DNA of 64,000 nucleotides from Gammaproteobacteria bacterium (GTDB lineage Bacteria; Pseudomonadota; Gammaproteobacteria; UBA4575): NCBI GenBank assembly GCA_965203725.1, contig CBDBDH010000001.1, positions 644,686 to 708,685 of the forward strand, read 5' to 3'. Shown piece by piece: positions 38,903 to 48,330 of this stretch (position 1 is its first letter; each line of letters starts with the position of its first letter). The notes under the pieces were generated by a model. It saw only the letters and a program-made list of their open reading frames with translations, ran no database searches and was not told where the DNA came from. The position numbers and the translations under genes were made by a program.

Positions 38903-39874
38903 TCAGATTCGAAGAATCCTTGCCGCATTCAGTTCCAACATCCGGTAGGCAAAATCACGAGCAGGTGCTGAAATTTCCTGGTCAGGTATTTCATCCAGTA
39001 TCTCCCTGTATTTCTGAGAATCAATACTGGCTAGCCTTGCTGCCCAGAAGCGGGCTGCATCAGGTCGAATTTTAGCTGATTCTTCAAAGGCTTCCAAGGT
39101 CATGAGGGGTTTGGGAGAGGAAGGTGTCGCATAGAAAGCAGATTTTGCACGCCCTACATAGGCCTTAACGCTCCTGCCACGGTCTTTGGTCGTAAGCATT
39201 TCTCTACGGGTAGGGTCCTGCTCGTTTCTCCCCAGGCTTGATGCATGATCGAATGTAGGAGAAAAGAATACACGCTCCTGTTCTGGTAAAAATATAATGC
39301 CCCAGTTTTCGTGATGGCGGTCCTGATTACCTATCCATGCATCCAGCAGAAGGTACCCTGTGAATAAACCGGCGGCATCCTCAATCTCTGTTGGAGCATT
39401 CCAGCCTAAGGGCAACTCGATAACAGAAAAAGAGGCTGCCGCCATTACGATGCGGATCGTATGCTGTTTGGCCTTGTAACGCCTGTTTTTTTCATAGTCA
39501 TCGACAATCTTGGCCAATAACTCATTCCCCAAAACCAGACGTGCACCAGGTTCCTCTGGGACAAAACTTGGGGTAATCACACCTTTTTTAGTTTCTGTGG
39601 GGCTTTCCCAAACTGCTAGATCGTATTCGGCATGTGGCAAGCCCAGAAGACGGCAAAGCTCACAACACACTTTTTCGGCCCAATTCTCCCCAGTATCAGG
39701 CCTGCCTGCCTTGAACAGTATGTTCTTCCCTTGTTCACCGCGATACCAGAACTTGGTTTTTGTACCCACCTGCTCAAGTTGAATAAGCTCCTCGTCGGCA
39801 AGTTCAATAATCGGATAGCTCATGCTCGTGCAATCAATTGTCCGAAAGACTAAATCTTCCAGCTTAAGGTTCAA
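38903..39874 (-). CDS. HipA-like Ser/Thr kinase core (HipT-like, lacks HipA N-subdomain 1)
   Basis: Catalytic motif LLDAWIGNQDRHHENWG (compare HipA GNtDdHlKNfS) and Mg-binding SPTFDHASS; 323 aa; low GC. Confidence 0.65.
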   Translation of the reverse strand: MNLKLEDLVFRTIDCTSMSYPIIELADEELIQLEQVGTKTKFWYRGEQGKNILFKAGRPDTGENWAEKVCCELCRLLGLPHAEYDLAVWESPTETKKGVITPSFVPEEPGARLVLGNELLAKIVDDYEKNRRYKAKQHTIRIVMAAASFSVIELPLGWNAPTEIEDAAGLFTGYLLLDAWIGNQDRHHENWGIIFLPEQERVFFSPTFDHASSLGRNEQDPTRREMLTTKDRGRSVKAYVGRAKSAFYATPSSPKPLMTLEAFEESAKIRPDAARFWAARLASIDSQKYREILDEIPDQEISAPARDFAYRMLELNAARILRI

Positions 39875-39985
39875 GTCAACCCAGATTCATTTGGGACACC
39901 ATTGATCATACACGAAGGTCTTCACAGGACGAGAAAGCGAGGGTATGGATGAGGGGCTCGCTTTTTCTACGCTGCCGACGCAACA

Positions 39986-41539
39986 CTATCGCCTAAACAC
40001 CGCCTTGCCCATACCGCCGCCAAAACGCCCTGCGTCATCCCCGCCGCGGGACAGCGGCGAAGTGGCTGCGGCGATCGAGCGCCCGATGTGCACGCCCGCC
40101 CAGGCCATCATGGCACTCCACAGCAGCGGCAGGCCCAGGTACAGGCTGGTCGTGATCATGTTGAGGAGCATGCGCTTGAGATCGTGCTCACCGGGGTTGG
40201 TGAAGACCTGCAGGAAGACGTTGATGTCCGGGTACATGGAGAGGATCAGGTTCTGGTCCACCCACAGGGCCAGGTACCACAGCACGCTCCAGAACTTGAC
40301 GGTGAAGATGGCCAGCGCCCCGGTGACCATCATCGACAGCGAGTAGCGCGACAACACCACGACCATCGATAACAGTGCGTAGATGCCCAGCAGCAAGACG
40401 GCCTGCACCATGGGCAGGGCCTGCAGCAGGGCCGTCACGCTGACCGAGAACAGCGCCGAGGCGGTGACGATGCCACCGGCGGCAAGACCGCCCTTGAGCC
40501 ACTGCTCGGTGGTGCCGAGCCAGCCCCCGTGCCCGGTATTGCGCGCCACCAGGTCGTTGTTCGACCACACCGGGGGCGCGTTGGCCAGCACGGCGCGCGC
40601 CGCGGTATCCAGGTGCTGCTCATGGGCCAGGCCGGGAGCCACCGACACCACCAGGCCGGAAAACCCGGCCGAGGTGAGGTCCGCCTGCGCCACCAGCTTG
40701 CGCCGCAGCCCGGTGCCGGCCTCCTCCCACCATTGCTTGCACCAGGGCCTGCCCCAACGAGGCGGGGCGCCCGGCGGATATTCGCTATCACGCACCGCAT
40801 TGAAGGCCCAGCCCGGAACCGGCAGGGTCGGGCGAAGCGCATCGTAGTAGCCGGGGGTCTCGCGGTAAACGCGCGAGCCCATCCAGTCCGGGTCACCCTG
40901 ACCGTGGGTCGCGAGCAGGGCCAGCACGGCGGGGCTTGCCGGGCGCTCGGCCAGGTACTTCGAGCGCGCCGCCACGTAGCACTGGCTGAAGAAATCGCTG
41001 ACCTCGCGGCGAAGCGCAGGCTCGGCGATGGTGGCCAGGCGCGCCTGCTGCTCGTAGGTGCGAAGGTCGCTCGCCGAAGGCAGGCCCTCGACCACGGCGT
41101 GGTTGAGCCCCGAGGTGACGGCGAGCACCGCGTACCACCAGATCGGCACCTGCACGAGGCTCGGGGCGCCGGCGAAGCCGGAGCTGCCGAAGCTGCTTTG
41201 AGGGGCGGCCGGGGTAGCGGTGACCGGGCTCGGATCGAGCAGGCTCGGCGGCGGCGTGTAGGCCAGCGTGCTGGACTGAAGCGGTGCCAGGGCCGCGGGC
41301 TGGCCCGCCAGTACCACCACCAGCAGGGCCAGGAACAGCTGGATCTCCATGCGCCGCAGGGACAGTGCGGGGGCGCTGCCGAACTCACCGCCCTCGGCCG
41401 GTTCGCGCCAGTGGTCGATGAGGATGCCCAGAAAGGGCAGGAACACGATGCCGGTCCCGGCCAGCACCTCCCAGAGGATGTTGTAGAAGGTCCAGCCGAA
41501 CAGGGTCGTGAACAGCTCGAGGTAGCTGTCGACGCTCAC
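39986..41539 (-). CDS. ICE conjugal-transfer membrane protein, TraG N-terminal-domain family
   Basis: Multi-TM protein; (V)SVDSYLELFTTLFGWTFYNILW matches the N-terminus of ICE TraG_N proteins; start set at GTG. Confidence 0.55.
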   Translation of the reverse strand: MSVDSYLELFTTLFGWTFYNILWEVLAGTGIVFLPFLGILIDHWREPAEGGEFGSAPALSLRRMEIQLFLALLVVVLAGQPAALAPLQSSTLAYTPPPSLLDPSPVTATPAAPQSSFGSSGFAGAPSLVQVPIWWYAVLAVTSGLNHAVVEGLPSASDLRTYEQQARLATIAEPALRREVSDFFSQCYVAARSKYLAERPASPAVLALLATHGQGDPDWMGSRVYRETPGYYDALRPTLPVPGWAFNAVRDSEYPPGAPPRWGRPWCKQWWEEAGTGLRRKLVAQADLTSAGFSGLVVSVAPGLAHEQHLDTAARAVLANAPPVWSNNDLVARNTGHGGWLGTTEQWLKGGLAAGGIVTASALFSVSVTALLQALPMVQAVLLLGIYALLSMVVVLSRYSLSMMVTGALAIFTVKFWSVLWYLALWVDQNLILSMYPDINVFLQVFTNPGEHDLKRMLLNMITTSLYLGLPLLWSAMMAWAGVHIGRSIAAATSPLSRGGDDAGRFGGGMGKAVFRR

Positions 41540-41896
41540 GGGCCACCGCCGGACAGGGCCGCGAGGAAATGGCGCAGCAACTGCTGGCCGAGGAGCGCCT
41601 CGATCACCGCCAGCCAGGCGACCAGGCGTCAGTGACGGACCTGTTGGCGCTTCAGGGCAGGCGCATCGATGCGCCCGCAGCGATACCGCCAGTACACATA
41701 CAGGGATCTGCCGAAGGCGGCCAGGGCCAGCGCGGCGCACCGGATCGCAGACCACAGCGGCCGCCAAGCATCCAGGCGCGCCTGCACGCCGGACAGGGAG
41801 GCGAGCTGCACCGACTGCCACAGCACGAACCCGGTGATCGCTGCCAGCCCGAGTGCCAGCAGGCTCAGCCACACGCTGGCCGGGCGCATACGCAGA

Positions 41897-43240
41897 TCAG
41901 GGCACCCGGCCGCGCACCAGTGGCCTCGGGTCGAGGGCGGGGGATTCGGGGACCTGCAGGGAGGCGCGCCGGCGGGCGCGGGCGCGCTCGAGCAGCACGC
42001 CCGCGGTCTCGGAGACGATCTCGCGGCGCACGCGCGTCTCAAACAGCAGGCTTTCGATCTCGCGGTCGAGCTCCGCGATCGAGGCATCGGCATGCTCGCG
42101 GGCCACCTCGGTGGCATAAACCTCGGGCACCTGGCGCCCGCTCAGCAGCAGGCGGCGTGCAAGCAGGGCCTTCTCGAGCGTGCGCGCGGTGCTGATCTCC
42201 GACACCAGGCGGTCGATGACCAGCGACTGCTCGGTCGCGGGCATCTCCCGGACCGCCTCGATCAGTTGCCTCGTGACGGCCACCCCGGGGGCTGCGACCT
42301 GTTCCAGGTTGGCCAGCGTCGGCGGGCTTGCCCCGGAGACCAGGCGCTGCAGCTCAAGCGTGACCGCGCCCGATTCCTGGTGCAGCTTGGGCAGTAGCCC
42401 GGTGCCCGGGATGCTGTCCTTGCGGCAGGTGTCGCAGGTGGTGACGATGTTCTCGCCGACGACATCCACCACCCAGCGCTGCGCCTCGGCCGGGGTATTC
42501 CAGACCTCGGGCAGGCGCGAGCCCGGCGATGGCGGAGCCGCGGTGCTCGCGGTGACCGGGCGGTTCAGGTTGATGTTGTAGCCGGCCTTGACGATGTCCC
42601 CGGTAAACTCCAGCACCGGCTGGGCCGAACCCCCGGCCAGCCCGCCGATCCAGGGCACGCCGTTGTCGCCGTTGGCCGCCTCCACGGCGGCCTCGGCACT
42701 CACCGCATCGTTGCCGCCGATGCCCATCTCGCGCTTCCAGTCGTTGCCCTTGGACAGGACGATGAGATCGGCGTAGGGGTTCTTGCCCTGGGCGATCTCG
42801 GTCTCCATCTGCTGGCAGGACTTGGTGGCGAGCGACAGGGTTTCCTCGGCCTTGATCAGCGCGTTCTGGAACAGGTCGTAGAGCCCCGGGTTGGCGCGCT
42901 GCAGGATCAGGGCCGGCAGGGCGGCCAGCGCCGCGGTCGCGGCATTGGTCATCGCCCCCATCATGCGGTCTGCGCCGGCGCCGATCTCGTTGAGGGTGTT
43001 GGTGACGGCGGCCACCGGGTCGAAGCTGACGCAGCTGTAGCCGAGCCCGAGCTGTGCCGAGCCGCCGAGGGTGACCGAGACGACCGAGGGGTTGGCCGGT
43101 CGCGAGATCGGGCGCGCCCCGCCGATCTCGTAGTACCAGAAGCCGTCCTCGGTCGGGGCCATGACCGCCACCAGGTTCACCGGCATGCACAGGATGGCAA
43201 GCACGACCCCTGCCTTGGGACCCATCCCCGGGGACCTCAT
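41897..43240 (-). CDS. Integrating conjugative element protein (PFL_4711-type family)
   Basis: Signal/TM N-terminus; ATGA overlap with upstream gene; synteny traG-N -> three PFL_47xx-type genes as in PFGI-1/ICEclc-family elements. Confidence 0.5.
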   Translation of the reverse strand: MRSPGMGPKAGVVLAILCMPVNLVAVMAPTEDGFWYYEIGGARPISRPANPSVVSVTLGGSAQLGLGYSCVSFDPVAAVTNTLNEIGAGADRMMGAMTNAATAALAALPALILQRANPGLYDLFQNALIKAEETLSLATKSCQQMETEIAQGKNPYADLIVLSKGNDWKREMGIGGNDAVSAEAAVEAANGDNGVPWIGGLAGGSAQPVLEFTGDIVKAGYNINLNRPVTASTAAPPSPGSRLPEVWNTPAEAQRWVVDVVGENIVTTCDTCRKDSIPGTGLLPKLHQESGAVTLELQRLVSGASPPTLANLEQVAAPGVAVTRQLIEAVREMPATEQSLVIDRLVSEISTARTLEKALLARRLLLSGRQVPEVYATEVAREHADASIAELDREIESLLFETRVRREIVSETAGVLLERARARRRASLQVPESPALDPRPLVRGRVP

Positions 43241-44247
43241 GGCGGGTAGGCCATCCAGTCCACGTTGAACAGGAACCACTGGCCGCGGCGCCGGCAGCAC
43301 TCGTACGGGCGCCACAGGGTCCAGGCGTAGTCCCCGCCCGCATCGACGCGCCCGCCGCCCCAGCCCACGGGGTCCGCCCGGTCATCGCCCCCGAACACGT
43401 CGCAGCCGGAGGAGGGCTCGGGCAGCAGGCGCTGCCACTGCCCGCTGCGGGCATCGCCCTCGATGAGCGCACCGGGCGGCCACATCCGCTGGCCCGAGGC
43501 GGACAATCCGGTGAGTGCGACATAGACGTGCGGCTGTGCGGGCCGGGTGACGATATCGCCTGCGCGCTGGGCGATGACGGCCGCAGCCTTCGGTTCGTCG
43601 GATTGCGTGACCCAGCCGGTGCGCGGGTGCACCGGGCCCCAGCTCTGCCCCGCACCCGCGCCGATCTCGCGAAGCCCCGGGACCAGGCTCGCCGGGTAGA
43701 GCGCCTCCGGGACGGCCATGCGCCAGGCCAGGGCATCGATGCCGGACTGGAAGTACGGCACCAGGGGTCGGGTCTGTGATCCGCACGCGAGCCCCGGCAG
43801 CGGCAACTGCGCCAGCGGGTGGCCGATCGCATCGGCCTCGCGAAATATCAGGTTCGTGTGGGCGCGCGCCGAACCCTCGGTGCGGTTGCCGGCACTTCCG
43901 GGAGTCACCGAAAGCAGCGAGCCCAGCAGTCCCCGGGCGGCGGCCTGTTGCGCCAGGCCCAGGGTGGCGCGGATCTCCGTCCAGGGATTGCCGCCCGGCT
44001 CGTTGTAGGCGGCGACCACCAGGTCCGGGTTGTAGTGCCCGACCTTGAGCGAGGACCGCACCCGGCAGCCGCGCCACGTACAGCGAAGCCAGTAGCAGGT
44101 GCCGACCGGCATCCACTGCATGCAGGCGGGGGCGGCGGCCGTGGTCCGGGCCAGGATCTGCGAGGTGTTGATCGAACCGCCCAGGGCCTGGCCCGGCATG
44201 CCGGCAAAAAGAAGCATTGCCAGGACACAAGACCCCGTCCGGTTCAT
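43237..44247 (-). CDS. Integrating conjugative element protein (PFL_4710/TraU-like family)
   Basis: Signal peptide MNRTGSCVLAMLLFAGMPGQALG; ATGA coupling. Confidence 0.5.
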   Translation of the reverse strand: MNRTGSCVLAMLLFAGMPGQALGGSINTSQILARTTAAAPACMQWMPVGTCYWLRCTWRGCRVRSSLKVGHYNPDLVVAAYNEPGGNPWTEIRATLGLAQQAAARGLLGSLLSVTPGSAGNRTEGSARAHTNLIFREADAIGHPLAQLPLPGLACGSQTRPLVPYFQSGIDALAWRMAVPEALYPASLVPGLREIGAGAGQSWGPVHPRTGWVTQSDEPKAAAVIAQRAGDIVTRPAQPHVYVALTGLSASGQRMWPPGALIEGDARSGQWQRLLPEPSSGCDVFGGDDRADPVGWGGGRVDAGGDYAWTLWRPYECCRRRGQWFLFNVDWMAYPP

Positions 44248-44705
44248 GGCCGGTGCCAGTGCCGGTAGTGAGCCAGGGCGGCTTCGAGGTCCGTAAGGCC
44301 GTACACGACCGCGCGACCGTTGAACACCATGGCCGGGTAGCGGTCGATGCCGTAGTGTGCCGCTCTTGCCAGGCCAACGGCGGCTTGGCGCAGCCGTGCA
44401 CGGTCTGTCTCATGGATTTTCTGCAGTCGGCCAAGCGCCTGCTGGCGGGCTAGCCCGGGATCAGTGGGCAGGTTCTCGGACAGGCGTGACTCCAGGTGGT
44501 TGAGGGTATCGAGCATGTAGATACGAACCTCGGGCAGGCCAGGTGCTGGATGCCGGAATTCTTGGATCGGGTGTTGTGTGTCCGTAAATACTTCGACCAG
44601 ACGCAACACCTCGGGGGCAGCCGAGGCGGGTGGCAAATTCACCACCGTGAGAAGCACGAGGCTAACCCACCCGATATAACGTACTCCCGGTTGGATCGAG
44701 TCCAT
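44244..44705 (-). CDS. Integrating conjugative element protein (PFL_4709-type family)
   Basis: Signal peptide from internal Met MDSIQPGVRYIGWVSLVLLTVVNLPPASA; last gene of the ICE remnant. Confidence 0.4.
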   Translation of the reverse strand: MDSIQPGVRYIGWVSLVLLTVVNLPPASAAPEVLRLVEVFTDTQHPIQEFRHPAPGLPEVRIYMLDTLNHLESRLSENLPTDPGLARQQALGRLQKIHETDRARLRQAAVGLARAAHYGIDRYPAMVFNGRAVVYGLTDLEAALAHYRHWHRP

Positions 44706-44928
44706 CCTTGTCGGTGGTTGGGGTACGTTGGCCATGTCGGGGCTATCCTCGCCTGACTGCACCCAGGGTAGAAGGAAAAAGGCATACAAGGCCTGGCATG
44801 GTTTTTTAATAAGGGTGGGGCGCTATAATCTGCACCAGGCTTACAAAGGCAGGACATGCACTGATCAGCAAACGGCAGGTACGGGAAGCCCGTCCGATCA
44901 TGCCAACCCAGTACCCGCGAGTGACCTT

Positions 44929-47862
44929 ATGCTGACATTTGATCGAAAGACATCTCGCATCCTGTTCGTATTCCTTGTTGCCCTGACGGGCGGCATCCCG
45001 GTCACGGCCCTTGCAGACGAGCCCGCCGAAGCGGCGAACCCGGTCGTCGAGCTCGGCCAGATCGTGGTCACCGGCTCACACATCCAGCGCAAGAACCTGG
45101 TGAGCGCGAGTCCCGTCACCTCGGTGGATGCCAACGAACTGCTGTACCAGGGCACGGTGCGGGTGGAAGACATGGTGCGCACCCTGCCGCAGGTCTATTC
45201 CGCCCAGAACACCAGCCAGTCCAACGGCGCCACCGGAACCGCGACCCTCGACCTGCGCAGCCTGGGCACGGAGCGCACCCTGGTGCTGATCAACGGCCGG
45301 CGCATGCCGGCCGGCTCACCGCTGCAGGACGGCACCGGGGCCGACGTCAACCAGATCCCGGGCGCGCTGGTGCAAAGCATCGAGGTGCTGACCGGCGGCG
45401 CCTCGGTGACCTACGGTTCCGATGCGGTCGCCGGGGTCGTCAACTTCCTCATGAAGAAGGACTTCGAGGGCGTGCAGCTCGACTACCAGTTCAGCCAGTA
45501 CTCGCATCACAACGATTCGCGCAAATGGCAACGCATCGTCGGAGAGGCCGGCTACCCGTTCGCCGATGGCACCGAGACGGACGGCGACACCTCCAGCGCA
45601 TCCCTGGTGGCGGGCACCAACTTTGATGGTGGGCGGGGTAATGCGACGGCCTACGCCACCTGGCGTGACGTCGAGGCGGTGTGGCAGCGCGACCGCGACT
45701 ACGCTTCCTGCGGCCTAAGCGACGATGCGACTAGCTGCCTGGGCTCATCGACCATCCCGCAGGGTCGCTTCACGAATTTCGCACACCCGGCCTACCCCGA
45801 TCCCGTCGATTTCATCGTGCAGGGACATGAATTCGTACCCCGCCAAGGCGAGACCTACAACTTCGCTCCCCTGAACTACTACCAGCGCCCAGACGAGCAG
45901 TACACCCTCGGCGCCTTCGCCCACTACGACCTCAGCGAGCAGACACAGGTCTACACGGAGCTGATGTACATGGATAACCGTACGGTGGCGCAGATTGCCC
46001 CGTCGGGCTCGTTCTTCGTCACGGAAACCCTGCACTGCGGCAACCCACTGATGTCCGAACAGCAGTTCCAGGCCCTGTGCGGGGCGATCGGCAGAACCCG
46101 GAACGACGTGCTCGACCCGTTCTGGATCGGCCGTCGCAACGTGGAGGGCGGCAACCGCCAGCACGACCTGCAGCATACCTCGGTCCGCGGGGTGCTCGGC
46201 CTGAAGGGTGAGCTCAGCGACAACTGGAGCTACGACGCTTCCCTGCTGTACGCCGAGGTGCGCACGGACAACACCTACCTGAACGACCTTGGCACGACCA
46301 AGATCAAGCGTGCCCTGGATGCGGTGCGCGACCCGGCCAGCAGCGAGATCGTCTGCCGCTCCGCGCTGGACGGCACGGACCCCGCATGCGTGCCCTGGAA
46401 CATCTTCGAGGAAGGCGCCGTCACCCGGGAAGCACTCGACTACATCGTCTTGCCGCTGACCGCACGTGGCAGCACGGACCTGCTGGCCGCCAGCGGCATA
46501 CTGTTAGGCGACCTGGAGAAGTACGGACTTCGCCTGCCCGCGGCTGAGACCCCCATCGCGGTCGCACTCGGCGCCGAGTTCCGCGACGAGAACCTCGATT
46601 TCAAGCCCGATGAAGCCTACCGCAGCGGCGAGGGCGCCGGCCAGGGGGGAGCGACCCGTCCGGTCTCGGGAGGCAGCAGCGTTGCCGAGCTGTTCCTGGA
46701 AGCCAATGTTCCGCTGGTCGAGGCACGCCCGTTTGCCGAGGAATGGATTCTCGATCTCGGGCTGCGTTTCTCCGACTATGAATACGGCGGGAGCGTGGAG
46801 AGCTACGGACTTCGAAGCGGCTGGGCGATCAACCGGGACTTCAAGTTGCGCGGCAGCTTCCAGCGGGCGATTCGCGCTCCAAACGTGCGCGAACTGTTTC
46901 AGCCCGAGGGCTTCAACCTGTTCGACATGAGCAGTGATCCCTGCTCCGGGGAGGTTGAAGACGGGGCCACGAGTGCGGGACGCACGTTCGAGGAGTGTGC
47001 ACGCAGCGGGGTGAGCGAGCGGCAATGGGGCAGCATCCCCGACTCGCCGGCCAACCAGTACAACTTCCTGCAGGGCGGCAACACCGACCTGAAGCCGGAA
47101 TCCTCCGATACCTGGACCATTGGCATCGTGTTCTCCCCGCAAGCCATCGACGGACTGAGCCTCTCGCTCGACTACTACCACATCGAGGTCGAGAAAGGCA
47201 TCAGCAACCTGACACCGGAGTTCGTGCTCACCGAGTGCCTGGATGGCGATCTGGTGCTGTGCGAACGGGTCCGCCGGGGCGCGACGGGTGACCTGTGGGT
47301 CGGCTCGGATGTGGAGAGCAGTGGCCATATCGTCTCCAAGGAGGAGAACCTGGCGATCGAGAAGGTGGTGGGCTATGACCTGATCGCCGACTATTCCCTG
47401 GGCCTTGGCGCCTGGGGCCACCTCGGCATCCGCAACGTGCTTTCGCTGATCGACAAGTGGGAGCAGCAGGAGGTGGCGGGGGCCCCAGTCGAGGACTGTG
47501 CCGGCAAGTGGGGATTCGTGTGCGGGTCGCCGACGCCGGATGTGCGAAACCAGATGCGCCTGACCTGGACCACGCCCTGGAACCTGACCGCGACCCTGAT
47601 GTGGCGCCACATCGGCGAGGTGGATGACCGCAACGAGGACGATGTGGATCTCGAGGACATCGACTACTTCGACCTGTCGGCCCTGTGGCAGGTGAACGAC
47701 GGCCTCCAGTTGCGTACCGGCATCAACAACCTGTTCGACCGGGAACCCCCCATCGCAGGCAATGGCGCCGGGCCCGCCAGCGGAGGCAACGGCAACACCT
47801 ATCCCGGCCTGTACGATGCCTTGGGCCGTTACGGGTTCCTCGCCGTCAGCCTGTCCTTCTAG
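44929..47862 (+). CDS. TonB-dependent outer-membrane receptor
   Basis: Signal peptide, plug with TonB box region (VVTGSHIQRK), C-terminal ...LAVSLSF. Confidence 0.8.
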   Translation: MLTFDRKTSRILFVFLVALTGGIPVTALADEPAEAANPVVELGQIVVTGSHIQRKNLVSASPVTSVDANELLYQGTVRVEDMVRTLPQVYSAQNTSQSNGATGTATLDLRSLGTERTLVLINGRRMPAGSPLQDGTGADVNQIPGALVQSIEVLTGGASVTYGSDAVAGVVNFLMKKDFEGVQLDYQFSQYSHHNDSRKWQRIVGEAGYPFADGTETDGDTSSASLVAGTNFDGGRGNATAYATWRDVEAVWQRDRDYASCGLSDDATSCLGSSTIPQGRFTNFAHPAYPDPVDFIVQGHEFVPRQGETYNFAPLNYYQRPDEQYTLGAFAHYDLSEQTQVYTELMYMDNRTVAQIAPSGSFFVTETLHCGNPLMSEQQFQALCGAIGRTRNDVLDPFWIGRRNVEGGNRQHDLQHTSVRGVLGLKGELSDNWSYDASLLYAEVRTDNTYLNDLGTTKIKRALDAVRDPASSEIVCRSALDGTDPACVPWNIFEEGAVTREALDYIVLPLTARGSTDLLAASGILLGDLEKYGLRLPAAETPIAVALGAEFRDENLDFKPDEAYRSGEGAGQGGATRPVSGGSSVAELFLEANVPLVEARPFAEEWILDLGLRFSDYEYGGSVESYGLRSGWAINRDFKLRGSFQRAIRAPNVRELFQPEGFNLFDMSSDPCSGEVEDGATSAGRTFEECARSGVSERQWGSIPDSPANQYNFLQGGNTDLKPESSDTWTIGIVFSPQAIDGLSLSLDYYHIEVEKGISNLTPEFVLTECLDGDLVLCERVRRGATGDLWVGSDVESSGHIVSKEENLAIEKVVGYDLIADYSLGLGAWGHLGIRNVLSLIDKWEQQEVAGAPVEDCAGKWGFVCGSPTPDVRNQMRLTWTTPWNLTATLMWRHIGEVDDRNEDDVDLEDIDYFDLSALWQVNDGLQLRTGINNLFDREPPIAGNGAGPASGGNGNTYPGLYDALGRYGFLAVSLSF

Positions 47863-47964
47863 AGCCTTCGGCACAGCTTGACAGGTAACGCCTGATGCAC
47901 TTCGGTTTGACAAAGACAAGGTCAATGACGTTGACTGCCGTGATTATCACTGGGGGATAAAGTT

Positions 47965-48252
47965 TTGGCCATGCAAAATCCTCCGCATCCGGGCGGAATC
48001 GTAAGACGGCAATGCCTGCAGCCTCTTGGCTTGACGGTCACCGAAGCCGCAAAATGCATAGGTGTCGCCCGCCAGACCCTGTCGGAACTCGTCAATGGAA
48101 AAACAGGCGTCTCCACCGGGATGGCCATTCGTTTGTCCAAGGCGTTTGGCTCAACCCCTGAAACCTGGCTGGGCATGCAGACGGCTTATGATCTGTGGCA
48201 AACCCGTGAGTACGCCGACAAAATTCACGTTGATCGATTCGAGGCCGCCTGA
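47965..48252 (+). CDS. HigA-type antitoxin-like XRE-family HTH protein (orphan)
   Basis: LTVTEAAKCIGVARQTLSELVNGK HTH; no HigB-sized ORF in the 100 bp upstream. Confidence 0.55.
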   Translation: MAMQNPPHPGGIVRRQCLQPLGLTVTEAAKCIGVARQTLSELVNGKTGVSTGMAIRLSKAFGSTPETWLGMQTAYDLWQTREYADKIHVDRFEAA

Positions 48253-48330
48253 ATCCTGATTGTTGCGGGGTCAGGGGGCAAGGCTGCTTCGCGCCTTTAC
48301 CCGCTGCCGTGCGCACATTATGCTCAAGGC

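Larger units (their letters stand above)
39986..44789 (-). mobile_element. Remnant of an ICE (PFGI-1/ICEclc/pKLC102-type) conjugation module; only four genes retained
   Basis: Four co-oriented, translationally coupled ICE-family genes with no relaxase, coupling protein or integrase in the window. Confidence 0.5.

Noticed and set aside
40435-43832. Large alternative-frame ORFs (317, 368, 492 aa etc.) across the ICE remnant
   Set aside because: Overlap the TraG-N and PFL_47xx-type genes in other frames or on the other strand. Arg/Ala/Pro-rich, so high-GC artefacts.
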